Source of the DNA: Betaproteobacteria bacterium
GTDB lineage: Bacteria > Pseudomonadota > Gammaproteobacteria > Burkholderiales > JAYUZG01
Reading direction: 5' to 3'
DNA length: 48,620 nucleotides
Assembly (NCBI GenBank): GCA_043751985.1
Contig: JAYUZG010000038.1
Location: forward strand, 1-48,620
Of this stretch, positions 24,343 to 35,801 are shown in pieces. How positions within the stretch are numbered: position 1 is the stretch's first letter; every line of letters starts with the position of its first letter. The notes beneath the pieces are model-generated. The model did no database searches and had not been told where the DNA came from. It worked only from the letters and a program-made list of their open reading frames with translations. The position numbers were made by a program, and so were the translations under genes.

Positions 24343-26426
24343 ACCAGGATTGGCAGCGGCTGGCGGGCGAAGCGGGAATAGAGGACGCTTATTGGGACGG
24401 ACTCGGTGTCCGCCGCGATCTGAGTGAACCGAGCGCGGCCGCGCTGCTGGCCGCGCTGGGTTTCGACTCCTCAGCCGATCCGCGACCGCAATACGAGGCG
24501 CTGCTGCGCGCGCCGTTCCTCACCCCGCTGCCGCACACGACACTCGCGGAGCGCGGGATCACCCGCTCAGTTCTGATCGCGCTGCCGTCCGAACTGCGCG
24601 ACCAGGTGATCGGGTGGGAGCTCGCACTTGAATCGGGCGCCGCTCTGCAGGGCGAATTTATTGCCACGCAATTACCGCTGGTGGACGAGCATGAGTTTGG
24701 CGGACGCCGGTTCGCGCGCTATCGCCTGGCATTGAAGGCGGACGTTCCCTCCGGCTATCACCGCTTCCGCCTGCCGTCGCTGAATGCCGAGACGCTGCTC
24801 ATCGTTGCGCCGCCGCGGTGTTTCATTCCCGATGCGTTGGCGCAGGGCGGGCGCCGCTGGGGTCTCGCGGTGCAGCTCTACAGCTTGCGTTCACAGCGCA
24901 ACTGGGGCATCGGTGATTTCGGCGATCTCGCTACAGTCGCCTCGACGGCGGGCCGCGCGGGTGCGGCATTCATTGGTCTTAATCCGCTCCATGCACGGCA
25001 TCTCGCACATCCTGACGAGGCGAGTCCGTACGCGCCTGCATCGCGGATTTTTCTCGACCCTGTGTACATTGACGTGCCGTCCGTGTCCGGATTCGCGGAG
25101 TGTGCGACCGTTCAGGCCACTATTGCGGCGTCGGAGTTTTCAGACCGCCTGGAGCGAGCACGTGCATCGGCACGGGTGGACTACGCCGCGGTTACCGAGA
25201 TCAAGCTGCAGGTGCTGCGGCAACTACACGAGGACTTTCGCCGGCGCTCAAGGGAAACCTCGGATGATGAAGTGATCGAGTTCGGTGACTTCATTTTGAA
25301 AGGTGGCAAACCGCTCGCTCAGCATTCACTGTATCAAGCTCGATCACTGCATGTTTCGCCAAACGAAATTCAAATTGAATTTCAAATGTATCTGCAGTGG
25401 CTGGCGGCCAAACAACTCGCTGCCGCCGCCAAGACGGCCAAGACCGCTGGAATGTCCGTCGGGTTGTATCGCGATCTTGCGGTCGGCGCGGCGTCCGACA
25501 GCGCAGAGTCCGCTGGCGAGCCAGAATTGTTTGCGCACGGCATCTTCATTGGTGCGCCACCCGATATGCTCAATCGCCAGGGGCAGAACTGGGGTCTGGT
25601 GCCGTGGAATCCGCGCGAACTGGCGCGACGCGAATTCGCGCCGTTTCGTGCGATGCTGAGCGAGAACATGCGCAACGCCGGTGCGCTGCGCATCGATCAC
25701 GTGATGGCGCTTACACGCCTGTTCTGGATTCCGCGCGGCATGAGCGGTGCGGACGGTGGCTACGTGCGCAATCCCTTCGAGACTCTGGCCGCCATAGTGG
25801 CGATTGAAAGCGAACGCAATCGCTGCATGGTGATCGGCGAGGACTTGGGTGCGGTGCCGGACGGTCTGCGCGACAGGCTGCACGAACTGGGCTTCCTGTC
25901 CTATCGAGTGCTGGTCTATGAACGTCATTGGAAAGGTGATGGCCGCTTTTGTTTGCCGCATGAATATCCGCAGCAGGCTCTCGCCACTGTCGCAACGCAC
26001 GACATGCCGACCATGACAGAATTCTGGCGCGGCGAGGACATCGTGAGACGTGACGGACTGGGTTTGTACCCAACCGCGCAGCAACGCGATGAAGATGCTG
26101 CGCGCCGTCGCGGCGAACGTGACGGCATGCTGTGGTTATTGGGAGAAAGCGGCCTCTCGCCTGCCGATCCCGCCGATCCGGCAGAGGCCATCGCAGCACT
26201 GCACCAGGCCGTTGCACGCAGCCAGTCAATGCTGGCGGCGATTCAGCTCGATGATCTGGTGGGCGAAACCGAGCCGGTCAATATTCCGGGAACCTACCGC
26301 GAGTATCCCAACTGGCGCCGCAAGCTGTCCATTCCGATCGAAGCAATATTCAGCGACGATCGCTGGCGTCGCCTGGTGGCGGTCATGGTTGCTTCAAAGC
26401 GCAGCGATCAATCATTGCCTGGGTGA
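24339..26426 (+). CDS. malQ: 4-alpha-glucanotransferase (amylomaltase)
   Basis: [38 protein letters not shown] and NWRRKL motifs. Confidence 0.95.
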   Translation: MNQDWQRLAGEAGIEDAYWDGLGVRRDLSEPSAAALLAALGFDSSADPRPQYEALLRAPFLTPLPHTTLAERGITRSVLIALPSELRDQVIGWELALESGAALQGEFIATQLPLVDEHEFGGRRFARYRLALKADVPSGYHRFRLPSLNAETLLIVAPPRCFIPDALAQGGRRWGLAVQLYSLRSQRNWGIGDFGDLATVASTAGRAGAAFIGLNPLHARHLAHPDEASPYAPASRIFLDPVYIDVPSVSGFAECATVQATIAASEFSDRLERARASARVDYAAVTEIKLQVLRQLHEDFRRRSRETSDDEVIEFGDFILKGGKPLAQHSLYQARSLHVSPNEIQIEFQMYLQWLAAKQLAAAAKTAKTAGMSVGLYRDLAVGAASDSAESAGEPELFAHGIFIGAPPDMLNRQGQNWGLVPWNPRELARREFAPFRAMLSENMRNAGALRIDHVMALTRLFWIPRGMSGADGGYVRNPFETLAAIVAIESERNRCMVIGEDLGAVPDGLRDRLHELGFLSYRVLVYERHWKGDGRFCLPHEYPQQALATVATHDMPTMTEFWRGEDIVRRDGLGLYPTAQQRDEDAARRRGERDGMLWLLGESGLSPADPADPAEAIAALHQAVARSQSMLAAIQLDDLVGETEPVNIPGTYREYPNWRRKLSIPIEAIFSDDRWRRLVAVMVASKRSDQSLPG

Positions 26427-27681
26427 TAAGAGTGATGCCCTTATCGGTGCGTTCGAAGCACCGCGCGTCCTCGATCGGGTCTTCCCCAACCACGGTGCCT
26501 TGCGGAATGATGACCCCCCGATCGACCACCACGCGTGACAATCTGCTGTGACGTCCGACGATCACGCCGGGCAGTAGAACCGATTCGCTCAACTTGCTGT
26601 AGGAGTTGACGCGACAGCGGGAAAAAAGCAGTGAACGATCCACGTACGAACCGGAAATGATGCAGCCGCCCGACACCAGCGAATCCACCGCCATACCGCG
26701 CCTGTCGTCGCGATTGAAAACAAACTTCGCCGGCGCCAGTTGCTCCTGGTAGGTCCAGATGGGCCAGTCCGTGTCATACATGTCCAGCGCCGGTTCGACC
26801 GCGGTCAGATCGATGTTCGCTTCCCAATAGGCGTCGATGGTACCGACGTCGCGCCAGTAGGGCTCCGTCTGCTTTTCTTTGTTGGCCACACAACTGTCCC
26901 CAAACGGATGCGCCGCGGCAACCCCTTCTTTCACCGCGCGCGGAATGATGTCTTTGCCGAAATCGTGGCTGGAGCTATCGTCAGCCAGATCGCGCGCCAA
27001 CGCATCGTAGAGATACTGCGCGTTGAAAACATAAACACCCATGCTGGCCAATGCCATATCCGGATTGCCCGGCATGGCTGGCGGATGCGCGGGTTTCTCG
27101 ACAAAATCGGTAATCTGATTCGACCGATCCACGGCCATGACGCCGAAGGCCGACGCTTCCTTGATCGGGACGTCGATGCATGCCACGGTGCACTGCGCGC
27201 CCGTTTCCACGTGGTACGCCAGCATCTGCGAATAGTCCATCTTGTAAATGTGATCCCCGGCGAGAATCAGTATGTACTCGGGATGATCGTCACGAATGAT
27301 GTCGAGGTTCTGGTACACGGCGTCTGCCGTCCCGCGATACCACGAATCCTCCGTAATCCGCTGTTGCGCAGGCAACAGTTCGATATGTTCATTCAGTTCC
27401 GACTTCATGAACGACCATCCGCGCTGCAGGTGGCGCAGCAGACTGTGTGACTTGTATTGCGTGGCCATACCGATGCGGCGGATATTGGAGTTCACACAGT
27501 TGGACAGCGCAAAATCGACGATGCGGAATTTTCCGCCAAAGTAAAGCGCGGGTTTCGCGCGCCGGTCGGTGAGCTGCTTCAGGCGGCTGCCCCGCCCGCC
27601 CGCGAGCACCATGGCAAAGCATTTCTTCGGCAGACGCAGCCTTTCAACAAAATCGGTCCGGTTTTTTGCATCTTTTGCCAC
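26383..27681 (-). CDS. glgC: Glucose-1-phosphate adenylyltransferase
   Basis: [33 protein letters not shown] and YWRDVGT motifs. Confidence 0.97.
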   Translation of the reverse strand: MAKDAKNRTDFVERLRLPKKCFAMVLAGGRGSRLKQLTDRRAKPALYFGGKFRIVDFALSNCVNSNIRRIGMATQYKSHSLLRHLQRGWSFMKSELNEHIELLPAQQRITEDSWYRGTADAVYQNLDIIRDDHPEYILILAGDHIYKMDYSQMLAYHVETGAQCTVACIDVPIKEASAFGVMAVDRSNQITDFVEKPAHPPAMPGNPDMALASMGVYVFNAQYLYDALARDLADDSSSHDFGKDIIPRAVKEGVAAAHPFGDSCVANKEKQTEPYWRDVGTIDAYWEANIDLTAVEPALDMYDTDWPIWTYQEQLAPAKFVFNRDDRRGMAVDSLVSGGCIISGSYVDRSLLFSRCRVNSYSKLSESVLLPGVIVGRHSRLSRVVVDRGVIIPQGTVVGEDPIEDARCFERTDKGITLITQAMIDRCALKQP

Positions 27682-27849
27682 GATAGATCCTCCACTAAGC
27701 GGTTACTACCCAAACTTCGAGTGCACGATCTGCCCAAAATCCGGCGTGTCGATTCTCCCGGCAGGGCTGAGAATCATGCTACACGCCGCGCGGGCCTCTC
27801 GAAGTTGTCGGCGCCAGGAGCTTGGCAGGAATCTTGGCGCAACGCCAAC

Positions 27850-28775
27850 TCAAACGAGGCGCCTCACGGCCGTCGCACCTGATAGCCTTTGCGCGAGCAT
27901 CGTGGGAAGACCGTCGTCACCAATGAGATGGCCGGCGCCGATGGCGACCAGGCAGATCTCAGAGCCCGCGATCATCGACTCAACGCGGTTCAACATTGAG
28001 CTATTGCGCCGGGTCAATAATTTTTCGTGGAATTCGCGCGCCAAGTCCGCCGGTAGATTGTTTTCCTCCATAGTCAACGCGCGCTGCAATGCCGGCAGAT
28101 CGGCGAACTTCCAGGCGTTCGTCATCGCCTGTAGCACGGCCCCATCTCTCCGCTCGACAACTCGCGCAACGTAATGTCCAGAAACGCTTCCTGCAAGCGC
28201 CTCGACATTCCCGCCAATATTTCCATTTGACTGCGTGCGGATTCGAGCTGCACCAATTTTTTTCCGTCGCGCACCGCGCGCGTGGCGAGATGGAGATCAA
28301 CTCCCAATTGCGGGTCATAACCCAGGCGGGTGTACTCCAGGGTAGTCAGCATCAAGGCCGCGAGGAAAGGCTTCATTGACTGCAGTACTTCGAGCGGCAA
28401 GCCACTGCTCTCCGCCGCGCGTTGCAATGACTCGAAGGTCGCGCGCGAAACATTTTTTTCGAGCGTTTGCGGCGCCTCGTAAGTACCCAGTCTCATGGTG
28501 TCGTTCAATGCTTCGCGATCGGTCGGGTCCACCTCCAATGCGATGACGCTGGCCTCCTGATAGGCGCGCTCGACCGCGGCGGGCAAGGGGTAGAACTCTG
28601 GCCGTCCGACATGCACCGTGCCGAGCAAATAGATCAGGTTATTGGCGGAGCGCACTTCCCACAGCAACGCCTGCTGGTCCGCCGCCACCGCGGGCACGGC
28701 GCACAGCACCCAAGCAAACGCAGGGAGTAGAAGACGCGCTCTGATATATGAGAACAACATGACGGCATCTTTCAA
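27850..28775 (-). pseudogene. TraB/GumN family protein, split by a frameshift
   Basis: The N-part has LLWEV...YLLGTVH and LES...Q; the C-part has LLTRRN..M and VAIGAGHL.G..GL. The frame changes at a G4 run near 28140. May be a sequencing error. Confidence 0.8.
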
Positions 28776-28958
28776 ATTATCACGATGGACTGGCTTACTT
28801 CTGACTCAGTGTAACAAATGCGTTGCGCTGAAGACTTCAAGCCAAACCAATGCGCACGCAGTGCGCGTAGTGTCAGCCGTATAATCGACTCGAACAGCCG
28901 GGCAAAAATTTCTGCGGCGTCGTGCCCCTCTAACTTTCAACGAGATCAAATCAATTCC

Positions 28959-31232
28959 ATGGATGAACAATTGCGCAAAGCCGCTTTGGATTATCACCGT
29001 TTGCCCACGCCCGGCAAGATTGCGGTCACGCCGACCAAGGGTCTGCTGAATCAGCGTGATCTGGCTCTGGCTTATTCCCCCGGTGTGGCGGCGACCTGCG
29101 AGGAAATTGTCGCGGACCCGGCCAGCGCACGGCTGTACACCGCGCGCGGCAATCTTATCGGCGTCATCACCAACGGCACCGCGGTACTCGGTCTCGGCGC
29201 GATTGGCCCGCTGGCAGCGAAGCCGGTGATGGAAGGCAAGGCCGTGCTGTTCAAGAAGTTTGCCGGCATCGATGTGTTCGACCTCGAGATCGACGAGCGC
29301 GACCCGGACAAACTGGTCGAAATCATCGCCAGTCTTGAGCCCACGTTTGGCGGCATCAATCTGGAAGATATTAAGGCGCCGGAATGTTTTTACATCGAGC
29401 GCAAACTGCGCGGACGCATGTCGATTCCGGTGTTTCACGACGATCAGCACGGCACCGCGATCATTGTCGGAGCAGCCGTGCTGAATGGGCTCAAGGTAGT
29501 GGGCAAAGATATCCGCGAGGTGAAGCTGGTATGTTCCGGCGCGGGAGCGGCCGCGCTGTCCTGCTTGGACTTGCTGGTGAGTCTGGGCATGCCGATCGAA
29601 AATATTATGGTGTCTGATATTGCGGGCGTGGTGTACCACGGCCGCACCGAGGAAATGGACGACAACAAGGCGCGCTATGCCAAGCACACCAGCGCGCGCA
29701 AACTGGCACAGGTGATCGAGCACGCCGATGTGTTTCTAGGCCTATCGGCTGCACGCGTGGTGAGCGCGGACATGGTGAAGAAGATGGCGCAACGACCGCT
29801 CATTCTCGCGCTGGCCAATCCTGAGCCGGAAATTCTTCCGGAGCAAGTCAAGGCCGTGCGCGATGACGCGGTGATCGCGACTGGGCGATCGGATTATCCA
29901 AATCAAGTGAACAACGTGCTGTGCTTTCCATTCATGTTTCGCGGCGCGCTCGATGTAGGGGCCACCACTATCAACGAAGCGATGAAATTGGCGGCCGTGC
30001 GCGCGATTGCGGAGCTGGCGCAAGCCGAGCAATCGGATGTAGTGGCGCTAGCCTACGACGAACAAGATCTGGCATTCGGACCGGAATATCTGATCCCCAA
30101 GCCTTTCGATCCGCGACTGATCGTGAAAATCGCGCCCGCGGTGGCGCTGGCGGCAATGGAAAGCGGCGTCGCGACGCGGCCGATCGGCGATCTGAACGCG
30201 TATCGCGAGCAATTGACACAGTTCGTTTATCACTCTGGCTTGATGATGAAACCGGTGTTTTCCGCCGCGAAGAAGAATCCCAAGCGGGTGGTGTTTTGCG
30301 AGGGCGAGGACGAACGAACTTTGCGCGCGGTGCAGGTGGTGGTAGACGAGGGTGTTGCGAAACCGATCCTGGTGGCGCGTCCTGAAGTGATCGGTCCGCG
30401 CATTGAGACCTTCGGTTTGCGCATTCGACCCGGCGTTGACTTCGAAGTGGTCAATCCTAATTCTGACCCGCGCTTTGACGACTACTGGAAAGAATATTAC
30501 CGGCTCATGCAGCGGCGCGGCGTAACACCCGAGACAGCGCGGCGCGAAGTCACCCGCCGCACCACCTTGATCGGAGCGCTGATGGTCCGGCGAGGAGATG
30601 CCGACGCGATGCTGTGCGGAACACATGGCCAGCACGCGCGGCATCTTGGCTACGTCGCCGATGTCATCGGCCGGCGGCCAGGGGTCAACGTATTCGCGGC
30701 GATGAACTTGTTGATTCTTCCGGCGCGCACGCTTTTTATTACCGATACCTACGTGAATCAAGATCCAAGCGCCGAGCAAATCGCCGAGATCACGCTGTTG
30801 GCGGCGGATGAAGTGCGTCGCTTCGGTATTCTGCCCAAGATCGCGCTGCTGTCTCATTCCAATTTCGGCAGCGCGTCGTCGGACTCGTCGAATAAGATGA
30901 GCCGTGCGCGCGGCATTCTCGAACGTCAGGCGCCGCAGCTTGAAATCGAGGGAGAGATGCATGGCGACGCGGCGTTGGACGAGCAAATCCGCTTGCGCAC
31001 CTTCCCGAACTCAAAGCTCAAGGGCGAAGCGAATCTGCTGATCATGCCGACGCTCGACGCCGCCAATATTTCGTTCAATCTTCTGAAAACGACGGTGGGT
31101 GAGGGCATCACCGTCGGCCCGATGTTGCTGGGCGCGGCAAAGCCGGTTCACATCGTTACGCCCACTGCAACGGTGCGCCGGCTGGTGAACATGGCGGCGC
31201 TTGCCTGTGTGGACGCCGGGTCGCAAAGATAG
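28959..31232 (+). CDS. maeB: NADP-dependent malic enzyme (ME-PTA fusion)
   Basis: [23 protein letters not shown] and [12 protein letters not shown] motifs, plus a C-terminal phosphotransacetylase-like domain. Confidence 0.97.
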   Translation: MDEQLRKAALDYHRLPTPGKIAVTPTKGLLNQRDLALAYSPGVAATCEEIVADPASARLYTARGNLIGVITNGTAVLGLGAIGPLAAKPVMEGKAVLFKKFAGIDVFDLEIDERDPDKLVEIIASLEPTFGGINLEDIKAPECFYIERKLRGRMSIPVFHDDQHGTAIIVGAAVLNGLKVVGKDIREVKLVCSGAGAAALSCLDLLVSLGMPIENIMVSDIAGVVYHGRTEEMDDNKARYAKHTSARKLAQVIEHADVFLGLSAARVVSADMVKKMAQRPLILALANPEPEILPEQVKAVRDDAVIATGRSDYPNQVNNVLCFPFMFRGALDVGATTINEAMKLAAVRAIAELAQAEQSDVVALAYDEQDLAFGPEYLIPKPFDPRLIVKIAPAVALAAMESGVATRPIGDLNAYREQLTQFVYHSGLMMKPVFSAAKKNPKRVVFCEGEDERTLRAVQVVVDEGVAKPILVARPEVIGPRIETFGLRIRPGVDFEVVNPNSDPRFDDYWKEYYRLMQRRGVTPETARREVTRRTTLIGALMVRRGDADAMLCGTHGQHARHLGYVADVIGRRPGVNVFAAMNLLILPARTLFITDTYVNQDPSAEQIAEITLLAADEVRRFGILPKIALLSHSNFGSASSDSSNKMSRARGILERQAPQLEIEGEMHGDAALDEQIRLRTFPNSKLKGEANLLIMPTLDAANISFNLLKTTVGEGITVGPMLLGAAKPVHIVTPTATVRRLVNMAALACVDAGSQR

Positions 31233-31255
31233 TCGCAAAGATAGTCGCAAAGATA
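31220..31255 (+). repeat. Tandem repeat, 3 x GTCGCAAAGATA
   Basis: Three exact 12-bp units spanning the maeB stop codon. Confidence 0.95.
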
Positions 31256-31259
31256 AATG

Positions 31260-31295
31260 AAAAGCCCCGCCGCAAACTGCCGACGGGGCCATTTG
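31260..31295. terminator. Probable bidirectional terminator
   Basis: AAAAGCCCCG...CGGGGCCATTT imperfect hairpin between convergent genes. Confidence 0.55.
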
Positions 31296-31310
31296 ATCGG
31301 CAATCAGACT

Positions 31311-31565
31311 TTAGGGCTTGCTGCTGATGCCGAGAATTTTCATCGCCTTACCCAGAGTCTCGACGGACTCCTTGTGTTTGCCAGCCTTATGCAGTGTTTC
31401 GCCGTCGGCTCGCAGTTTCTTCACTTCGGTCATTTTTTCCGCTGATAGAGACGGCTTGCCAGCGAGTGCCTCGTCGATGGCGGCCATGTCCAGCGGGCAA
31501 TGCATGGCGAAAGCGGCAGAAGCGAAAGCGAACAAAACGGCGGCGAGCAATGAGCGAAATTTCAT
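31311..31565 (-). CDS. Small exported hypothetical protein
   Basis: Signal peptide ending AFA, then MHCP.DM..ID..L...LR.DGE.LHK.GKH..S; AGGAG RBS. Confidence 0.8.
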   Translation of the reverse strand: MKFRSLLAAVLFAFASAAFAMHCPLDMAAIDEALAGKPSLSAEKMTEVKKLRADGETLHKAGKHKESVETLGKAMKILGISSKP

Positions 31566-31684
31566 CTGAAGTCTCCTGGTTACAATAAATTGACGTGGAC
31601 GCAGCGTACTTGCGCGGACATCAAGACAGTCCGCGCGCAGCGCGCCCGGTACAATAACGCCTCTCGACCGCGTTGGGAATACGC

Positions 31685-32314
31685 ATGGGGTTAACATTGC
31701 CGGAAGCGCCGTTACCACCAGCGATTACCCGTGAATGGCTTGCCGCGCGCCTTGCGCGCGCAGTGGTGTTGAAACCCGACGCGGATTTTCCGCTGTACGC
31801 GCATGCGCCTGAGCGCATGCCGGTGCCTGCCGCGGTATTGGTGCCGGTGGTGAATCGGGCGGATGGACTTACTCTCATGTTTACCCAGCGCACCACGCAT
31901 TTGTCCGATCACGCCGGGCAGATCAGTTTTCCCGGTGGTCGGGTGGAGGAGACAGATAGCGATCGAATGGCAACCGCGCTGCGCGAAACCGAGGAAGAAA
32001 CGGGACTATCGCGCAGCCGCGTGAGCATACTAGGGATGTTGCCGGACTTCGACATACAGACCGGGTTTCGCGTCACCCCGGTGGTCGGTTGGGTGGAGCC
32101 GCCTTTCAGTCTGAATCCGGATCCCTTCGAGGTGGCGGAAGTGTTCGAGATTCCACTGTTGCACTTTCTCAACCCGGCGCATCATCGTCGCCATAGTGAC
32201 GTGGTTAACGGGCGCCGCCGGCATTACTTTTCCATGCCCTACGGAGAGCGCAACATCTGGGGCGCGACCGCGGGAATGTTGTATGTTTTCTACCAGCAGT
32301 TGACCGGCCGGTGA
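31685..32314 (+). CDS. nudL: CoA pyrophosphatase (Nudix)
   Basis: AAVLVP, HAGQISFPGG, ALRETEEETG and IWGATAGML motifs. Confidence 0.9.
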   Translation: MGLTLPEAPLPPAITREWLAARLARAVVLKPDADFPLYAHAPERMPVPAAVLVPVVNRADGLTLMFTQRTTHLSDHAGQISFPGGRVEETDSDRMATALRETEEETGLSRSRVSILGMLPDFDIQTGFRVTPVVGWVEPPFSLNPDPFEVAEVFEIPLLHFLNPAHHRRHSDVVNGRRRHYFSMPYGERNIWGATAGMLYVFYQQLTGR

Positions 32315-32802
32315 GCCGCGACGTCGTTCCCGTTACCGCGGCAGTACGCGAGTTGCGCGCGCGCAAGATCGTCTTTACCGACCATCTATATACCTACGAG
32401 GAGCGAGGCGGCACCGCGGTATCCGCGCGCGAGTTAAATGTTCCCGAGCACGCGGTGGTCAAGACGCTCATCATGGAAGATGAAACGAAGCGGCCGCTGG
32501 TGGTGCTGATGCACGGTGATCGTCAGGTGTCGACCAAGGAGCTGGCGCGCGTGATCGGCGTGAAGAGCATCACGGCATGCGACCCGGTCGTCGCGCAGCG
32601 GCACTCTGGCTACCCGGTCGGCGGCACCTCGCCGTTTGGTACGCGCAAGAAAATGCCCGCATTCATGGAGCAATCCATCCGCGAATTAGCGAAGATTTAT
32701 ATCAACGGCGGCAAGCGTGGTTTTCTGGTGGGCCTCGCCCCACAGGACCTGGTTGCGCTGCTGCGCCCGCGCTGCGTAACCGTTGGCATCATGCCCGAAT
32801 GA
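32311..32802 (+). CDS. ybaK: Cys-tRNA(Pro) deacylase
   Basis: VVKTL, SGY.VGGTSPFG and INGGKRG motifs. Confidence 0.9.
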   Translation: MSRDVVPVTAAVRELRARKIVFTDHLYTYEERGGTAVSARELNVPEHAVVKTLIMEDETKRPLVVLMHGDRQVSTKELARVIGVKSITACDPVVAQRHSGYPVGGTSPFGTRKKMPAFMEQSIRELAKIYINGGKRGFLVGLAPQDLVALLRPRCVTVGIMPE

Positions 32803-33170
32803 TGCTGGAGATCTTCACGCTCGCCTTGTTTGGCGTCGGCGGTTGGTTCTGGCTCGACAGCATGCGCGCGCGCGAAGCCGCGCTTGACGCGGGGCGTCGC
32901 GCTTGCCAAGCGGAAAATGTGCAGTTCCTCGACGATACCGTGGCGCTGTCGCGTATCCGGCTGGTGCGCGCGGAATCCGGGCGCGTAAGTGTGGCACGCG
33001 TCTACGATTTCGAATTCAGCGACACGGGCAACAACCGGCGTGCCGGCAGCATGAGTCTGTTGGGTGCAACGCTTGTTGCGCTGCGTCTGCCGATCCCTGA
33101 AAGAACCATTGGCCTGCAAGTGGCGGGCGAAGAATCGCCACCACGGCCGGATTTTCAACGCCTGCACTAA
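32799..33170 (+). CDS. DUF3301 domain protein
   Basis: N-terminal TM; W.DSMRARE.A, QFLDDTV and YDFEFS..G..R..G motifs. Confidence 0.85.
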   Translation: MMLEIFTLALFGVGGWFWLDSMRAREAALDAGRRACQAENVQFLDDTVALSRIRLVRAESGRVSVARVYDFEFSDTGNNRRAGSMSLLGATLVALRLPIPERTIGLQVAGEESPPRPDFQRLH

Positions 33171-33209
33171 TGCCCTCAAGACTGTTGGCCGGGTGCCGTT
33201 GGTTATGGC

Positions 33210-33518
33210 ATGATGACCACTGACCTGCTACCCAGACACCGCGCCATGACCCAACCCCATCGGGACCAAGAAGTCGCTATGTTGCGTTCCGAAGTCGAGA
33301 TGCTGATGACCGAGCGACAACGGCTACTGCGTGCCACGGGCGCCGCTGCGGTCTTTGTCGCGCATCTGGATAGTCAGGGACTACCGGAAGGCGCATATGA
33401 ATCGGCTGACATCTTGGCGCATTCCTTGAACGAGTTGTCTGAGGATACGTTGTGCGACGCGCTGGAATCGGTACGTGAGCAATTTTCCGAAGGCGGCTTG
33501 GACGTCGAGAATAGCTGA
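33210..33518 (+). CDS. Hypothetical helical protein
   Basis: Acidic, coiled-coil-like ORF filling the intergenic space; start may be 33246. Confidence 0.7.
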   Translation: MMTTDLLPRHRAMTQPHRDQEVAMLRSEVEMLMTERQRLLRATGAAAVFVAHLDSQGLPEGAYESADILAHSLNELSEDTLCDALESVREQFSEGGLDVENS

Positions 33519-33580
33519 AGCGCGTTGCCTGATTGCCGCATGAACGTGTCATGCGGTGGCTTACGCCGAAGCACGAAAAC

Positions 33581-34786
33581 ATGTCTGTCAATTCGTCGGT
33601 TCAAGTCGGATTGATTCTCACCGGAGGGGGTGCCCGCGCGGCCTACCAGGTCGGCGTGCTGCGCGCCATTTCCGACATGCTGCCGCGCAATTCGGCTATT
33701 CCGTTTCCCATTATTTGCGGGACTTCCGCTGGCGCGATCAACGCGGTGGCGCTGGCCACCGACGCCGCGAATTTCAGTCTCGCCACCCATCGGCTCACCA
33801 CGGTGTGGAAGAATTTTCATGTGAACCATGTGTATCGAGCTGATCCGATCGGTGTGATCGGTCACAGCTTGCGTTGGCTCACTTCGATGTTTGTTGGCGG
33901 GTTTGCGGAACGAGCGCCGGTTTCGTTGCTGGACAATTCTCCGCTCGCGACTTTGCTGCACAAATATATGGACTTCAAGGCCATCCAGCGCAGCATCCAA
34001 AGCGGGGTATTGTCGGCGCTGGCGATTACCGCTTCGGGTTATACCTCGGGCCAATCGGTGACCTTCTTCGAGGCAGCGGAACAGTCGTTGCCGTGGAAAC
34101 GTGCGCGACGCATTGGCGTCGCGACTGAGATCAAGCTCGAGCACTTGATGGCATCGAGCGCGCTACCGTTTATTTTCCCCGCCGTGCGCATCAATCGTGA
34201 GTACTTCGGCGACGGTTCCATGCGGCAGATTGCGCCGATCTCGCCGGCCTTGCATCTGGGCGCGGACCGCGTGCTGGTGATCGGCGTGGGCCGGCCGGCC
34301 GATGAAGAGCCGAAGCGGGTGAAGGTACGCGGTCAGCCCACCATCGCGCAGATCGCCGGTCATGCGCTGAACAGCATTTTTCTGGACAGCCTCGAAGTCG
34401 ATATCGAACGGTTGCAGCGGATCAATCGCACCATCAGCATGATTCCACTTGCTGAGCGGCAGCGTAATGGCATGGAACTGCGACAGGTGCAAGTGCTGGT
34501 GCTCACGCCAAGTGAAGAAATCGATACGATTGCGGCGCGCCATGCGCGTTCGCTGCCGCCCATGATGCGCTTATTGATGTGGGGGGTCGGGGCCAATCGC
34601 CGCGGTGGTTCGACGCTGATGAGTTACGTGCTGTTCGAGCGCCCGTACACGCGCGCGCTGATGAAACTGGGGTACCGCGATACCATGGCACGGCGTGAAG
34701 AAGTCTTGCCGTTTCTCGGCATCGATCACTTGGTCGGCGCGACTGAAGCGCCACGTGCGCGCACGGCTGCATTCAGGGGGCGTTAA
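33581..34786 (+). CDS. Patatin-like phospholipase
   Basis: GGGARAAYQVG, GTSAG and YFGDGS motifs. Confidence 0.92.
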   Translation: MSVNSSVQVGLILTGGGARAAYQVGVLRAISDMLPRNSAIPFPIICGTSAGAINAVALATDAANFSLATHRLTTVWKNFHVNHVYRADPIGVIGHSLRWLTSMFVGGFAERAPVSLLDNSPLATLLHKYMDFKAIQRSIQSGVLSALAITASGYTSGQSVTFFEAAEQSLPWKRARRIGVATEIKLEHLMASSALPFIFPAVRINREYFGDGSMRQIAPISPALHLGADRVLVIGVGRPADEEPKRVKVRGQPTIAQIAGHALNSIFLDSLEVDIERLQRINRTISMIPLAERQRNGMELRQVQVLVLTPSEEIDTIAARHARSLPPMMRLLMWGVGANRRGGSTLMSYVLFERPYTRALMKLGYRDTMARREEVLPFLGIDHLVGATEAPRARTAAFRGR

Positions 34787-34859
34787 CTAGGCGTCCGCGG
34801 CACGAACGTCGATTCTGGTAAGCTCGGCGCGATCAATTTGTATCGCATCGATCGGCTTC

Positions 34860-35780
34860 ATGTCCCTGCTTTCGCTTATCGCCGCCTTTGTCTTGGAGCA
34901 AATTCGCCCGCAAGCTCAGCGCGGCTTGATTCCCATGTTGTTCGCCCGCTACGCCAATATGCTGGCGCGGCATTACAACGCGGGCGAACGACAACAAGGT
35001 AGCATCGCTTGGGTGCTGGCGCTTGCGCCTTGGGTCACGATTGCACTTGGCGCGTATTACCTGTTGCTGCAATTCCATCCGGCCTTGGGCTTGGCGTGGA
35101 ATGTTGTGGTGTTGTATTTCACCATAAGTTTTCGCCCCTTCAGTCATTTCTTCACCAATATTTCCGAGGCGCTACAAGCCGGCGATCTTGCGCGTGCGTG
35201 CGAACTACTGGCGCAGTGGCGCGGCGAGAGCACCGGTGAATACAGCAGCAGTGAAATCGCCAAAGTCGCCATAGAAGAAGGCTTGGTCAACGCGCACCGC
35301 AACGTATTTGGCGTGATCTTTTGGTTTCTGATTTTGCCGGGACCGAGCGGTGCGATCGTCTATCGTCTGGCGGCCAATCTGCACGCGCGTTGGGGGCAGC
35401 GCCTGGACGAGGAGCAGCGCGAGTTTGGTTTTTTCGCGCGCCGCGCGTTTGCGCTGATTGACTGGATTCCGGCGCGCGCCACGGCGATGACCTTCGCGCT
35501 GGCCGGTGATTTCGAAGACGCGATCGAGTGCTGGCGGTCTCAGGCCGTCGCGTGGTCACGCTCCGACGAAGGCATCGTGCTGGCGAGCGGAGCGGGTGCC
35601 TTGGGCGTACGCCTGGGTGAAACGCTGCATCATCATGGCGCGGTAAGTTTTCGTCCGGAACTCGGCATGGGCGTTGAAGCCGATGCGACCAGCATGGTGA
35701 GCGCGGCCGCGATGATCTGGCGCGGCGTGCTGATCTGGTTGGTGGTGTTAACGCTGGCGACTGTAATGCTCGCGTTCTAG
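34860..35780 (+). CDS. CobD/CbiB family membrane protein
   Basis: Multiple TMs; AIEE....HR.VFG..FWF, DW.PAR.TA..FA..GDFEDA and SGAGALGVRLG motifs. Confidence 0.85.
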   Translation: MSLLSLIAAFVLEQIRPQAQRGLIPMLFARYANMLARHYNAGERQQGSIAWVLALAPWVTIALGAYYLLLQFHPALGLAWNVVVLYFTISFRPFSHFFTNISEALQAGDLARACELLAQWRGESTGEYSSSEIAKVAIEEGLVNAHRNVFGVIFWFLILPGPSGAIVYRLAANLHARWGQRLDEEQREFGFFARRAFALIDWIPARATAMTFALAGDFEDAIECWRSQAVAWSRSDEGIVLASGAGALGVRLGETLHHHGAVSFRPELGMGVEADATSMVSAAAMIWRGVLIWLVVLTLATVMLAF

Positions 35781-35801
35781 CGCCGGCGAATTGGCGTTCA
35801 T

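Noticed and set aside
27743-27787. Interrupted inverted repeat upstream of glgC (GGCGTGT/GATTCTC...GAGAATC/ACACGCC)
   Set aside because: Short bulged stems in GC-rich DNA with no U tract or known motif; cannot be distinguished from chance.
31220-31255. Possible mini CRISPR array
   Set aside because: The units are 12 bp and directly adjacent with no spacers; no cas genes.
33581-34786. Patatin as a CBASS or other defence effector
   Set aside because: No cyclase or defence genes nearby; housekeeping context.
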